The position numbers and the translations under genes are program-made. Of a DNA stretch of 62,724 nt, positions 61,500 to 62,724 are shown one piece after another. How positions within the stretch are numbered: the stretch's first letter is position 1; every line of letters starts with the position of its first letter. The stretch comes from Bacteroidota bacterium (GTDB lineage: Bacteria; Bacteroidota; Bacteroidia; UKL13-3): the NCBI GenBank assembly GCA_947492885.1, contig CANLPK010000006.1, forward strand, positions 1-62,724. Direction: 5' to 3'. The notes beneath the pieces were generated by a model. That model was not told the origin of the DNA. It ran no database searches and worked only from the letters and a program-made list of their open reading frames with translations.

Positions 61500-62462
61500 A
61501 TGGAACCGTTTTACATTTTCGTTATTGCATTAGGAATACTCTTTATAAGTTTGTTCCTTTACTATATCCCTGTTGGGTTATGGATTACCGCCCTGGTTTC
61601 AGGAGTACGAGTAAGTATTGGACAACTCTTTGCAATGCGACTTCGTAAGGTTCCACCCACATTAATTGTCAATGCTTTAATTACCTCAACTAAGGCTGGT
61701 TTAAATATTACTCGTAGCGATTTAGAAACGCATTTCATGGCTGGAGGAAATGTAAATAATGTAATTCGTGCGCTCATCAGTGCCGATAAAGCTAGTATCC
61801 CATTGGATTTCAAGTTGGCTACCGCGATTGACTTAGCGGGTCGTGACGTGAGTGATGCCGTGCAATTATCGGTGAACCCTCGTGTAATTGATACCCCACC
61901 GGTTGCTGCGGTTGCTAAAAATGGTATACAGTTGGTAGCCAAAGCGCGAGTTACTGTACGCGCCAATATCAATCAATTGATTGGTGGTGCAGGTGAAGAA
62001 ACCATCTTAGCACGTGTAGGTGAAGGAATTGTAACTACCATTGGTTCGGCTCATGATCATAAAGAAGTATTAGAGAATCCAGATAAAATTTCTAAAACAG
62101 TATTAGCCAAAGGCCTTGATCAAGGTACAGCCTTTGAAATCTTAAGTATTGATATCGCTGATATCGATATTGGTGAAAACATTGGTGCAAAATTGCAAGC
62201 TGATCAGGCAGAAGCAGATTTAAAAGTAGCTAATGCAAGAGCAGAAGAGCGTCGTGCAGCGGCAGTTGCCTCTGAGCAAGAGATGAAAGCATTAGCACAG
62301 GAAGCTCGTGCAAAGGTAATTGAAGCAGAAGCTCAGATACCAATGGCGATTGCCGATGCATTCAGAAGTGGTAACCTTGGTATCATGGATTATTATAAAA
62401 TGCAAAATATTAAAGCGGATACTACGATGAGAGAGAATATTGTGAATCCGCCTAAGAAGTAA
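61500..62462 (+). CDS. floA: Flotillin-like protein FloA (YqfA family)
   Basis: [41 protein letters not shown] and GNLGIMDYY. Confidence 0.93.
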   Translation: MEPFYIFVIALGILFISLFLYYIPVGLWITALVSGVRVSIGQLFAMRLRKVPPTLIVNALITSTKAGLNITRSDLETHFMAGGNVNNVIRALISADKASIPLDFKLATAIDLAGRDVSDAVQLSVNPRVIDTPPVAAVAKNGIQLVAKARVTVRANINQLIGGAGEETILARVGEGIVTTIGSAHDHKEVLENPDKISKTVLAKGLDQGTAFEILSIDIADIDIGENIGAKLQADQAEADLKVANARAEERRAAAVASEQEMKALAQEARAKVIEAEAQIPMAIADAFRSGNLGIMDYYKMQNIKADTTMRENIVNPPKK

Positions 62463-62474
62463 GTCGCGAAGCAC

Positions 62475-62509
62475 ATGTATTTGGTACTAAGTATTTAGTA
62501 TGAAGTATA
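62475..62509 (+). repeat. Degenerate heptamer tandem array upstream of the four-helix-bundle gene
   Basis: ATGTATT TGGTACT AAGTATT TAGTATG AAGTATA (GTA every 7 nt). Confidence 0.65.
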
Positions 62510-62563
62510 GAAACACACTTTGATTGAAAGGTGTTGGAAGAAATAAAAAATAAAAACGAATTG

Positions 62564-62724
62564 ATGAATAATTACAAAATGTTAGAAATCTGGAAAGTAT
62601 CAATTGAACTTGTTCGAGATATTTATCAATTGACAAAGAAGTTTCCTAAGGAAGAAATTTACATTCTAACTTCACAAATTAGGAGGTGTAGTATTTCTAT
62701 TCCTTCAAATATTGCTGAGGGAGC
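62564..62724 (+). CDS. Four helix bundle protein (23S rRNA-IVP/TIGR02436-like), truncated by the window end
   Basis: Not in the ORF track; translated by hand as MNNYKMLEIWKVSIELVRDIYQLTKKFPKEEIYILTSQIRRCSISIPSNIAEG. Confidence 0.9.
   Translation, partial: MNNYKMLEIWKVSIELVRDIYQLTKKFPKEEIYILTSQIRRCSISIPSNIAEG

Noticed and set aside
62564-62724. Diversity-generating retroelement (Avd-like four-helix bundle)
   Set aside because: No reverse transcriptase and no TR/VR pair in the window; the sequence fits the common TIGR02436-type family

Overview
This 62.7-kb window is chromosomal DNA from an AT-rich Bacteroidota bacterium. The assignment rests on several T9SS C-terminal sorting domains, a GldM/PorM homologue and TAnnTTTG-type -7 promoter elements. 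Housekeeping genes include mreB-mreC-mreD-mrdA, nifJ (PFOR), fabD, psd, tyrS, lepA, tRNA-Glu, gap and floA. Accessory genes include five T9SS cargo genes (one a 2020-aa CotH kinase with eight lamin-tail domains, one frameshifted), two two-component systems, a TonB-dependent receptor with a divergent MarR regulator, a Moco-sulfurase-like PLP enzyme and a soluble acyl-ACP desaturase. I saw no CRISPR array, integrase, transposase, reverse transcriptase or rRNA. The strongest candidates for undescribed biology are three. (1) A coupled radical-SAM (SPASM/Twitch-like) gene and a lipoprotein-like gene with a CNCP motif, lying near the tRNA-Glu 3' end. (2) Two MbnP/MbnH pairs without methanobactin genes, one with the canonical WxW motif and one with WPMMM instead. 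(3) A structured 94-bp tandem repeat directly downstream of the second pair. All family assignments come from motif recognition by eye; no database searches were run.
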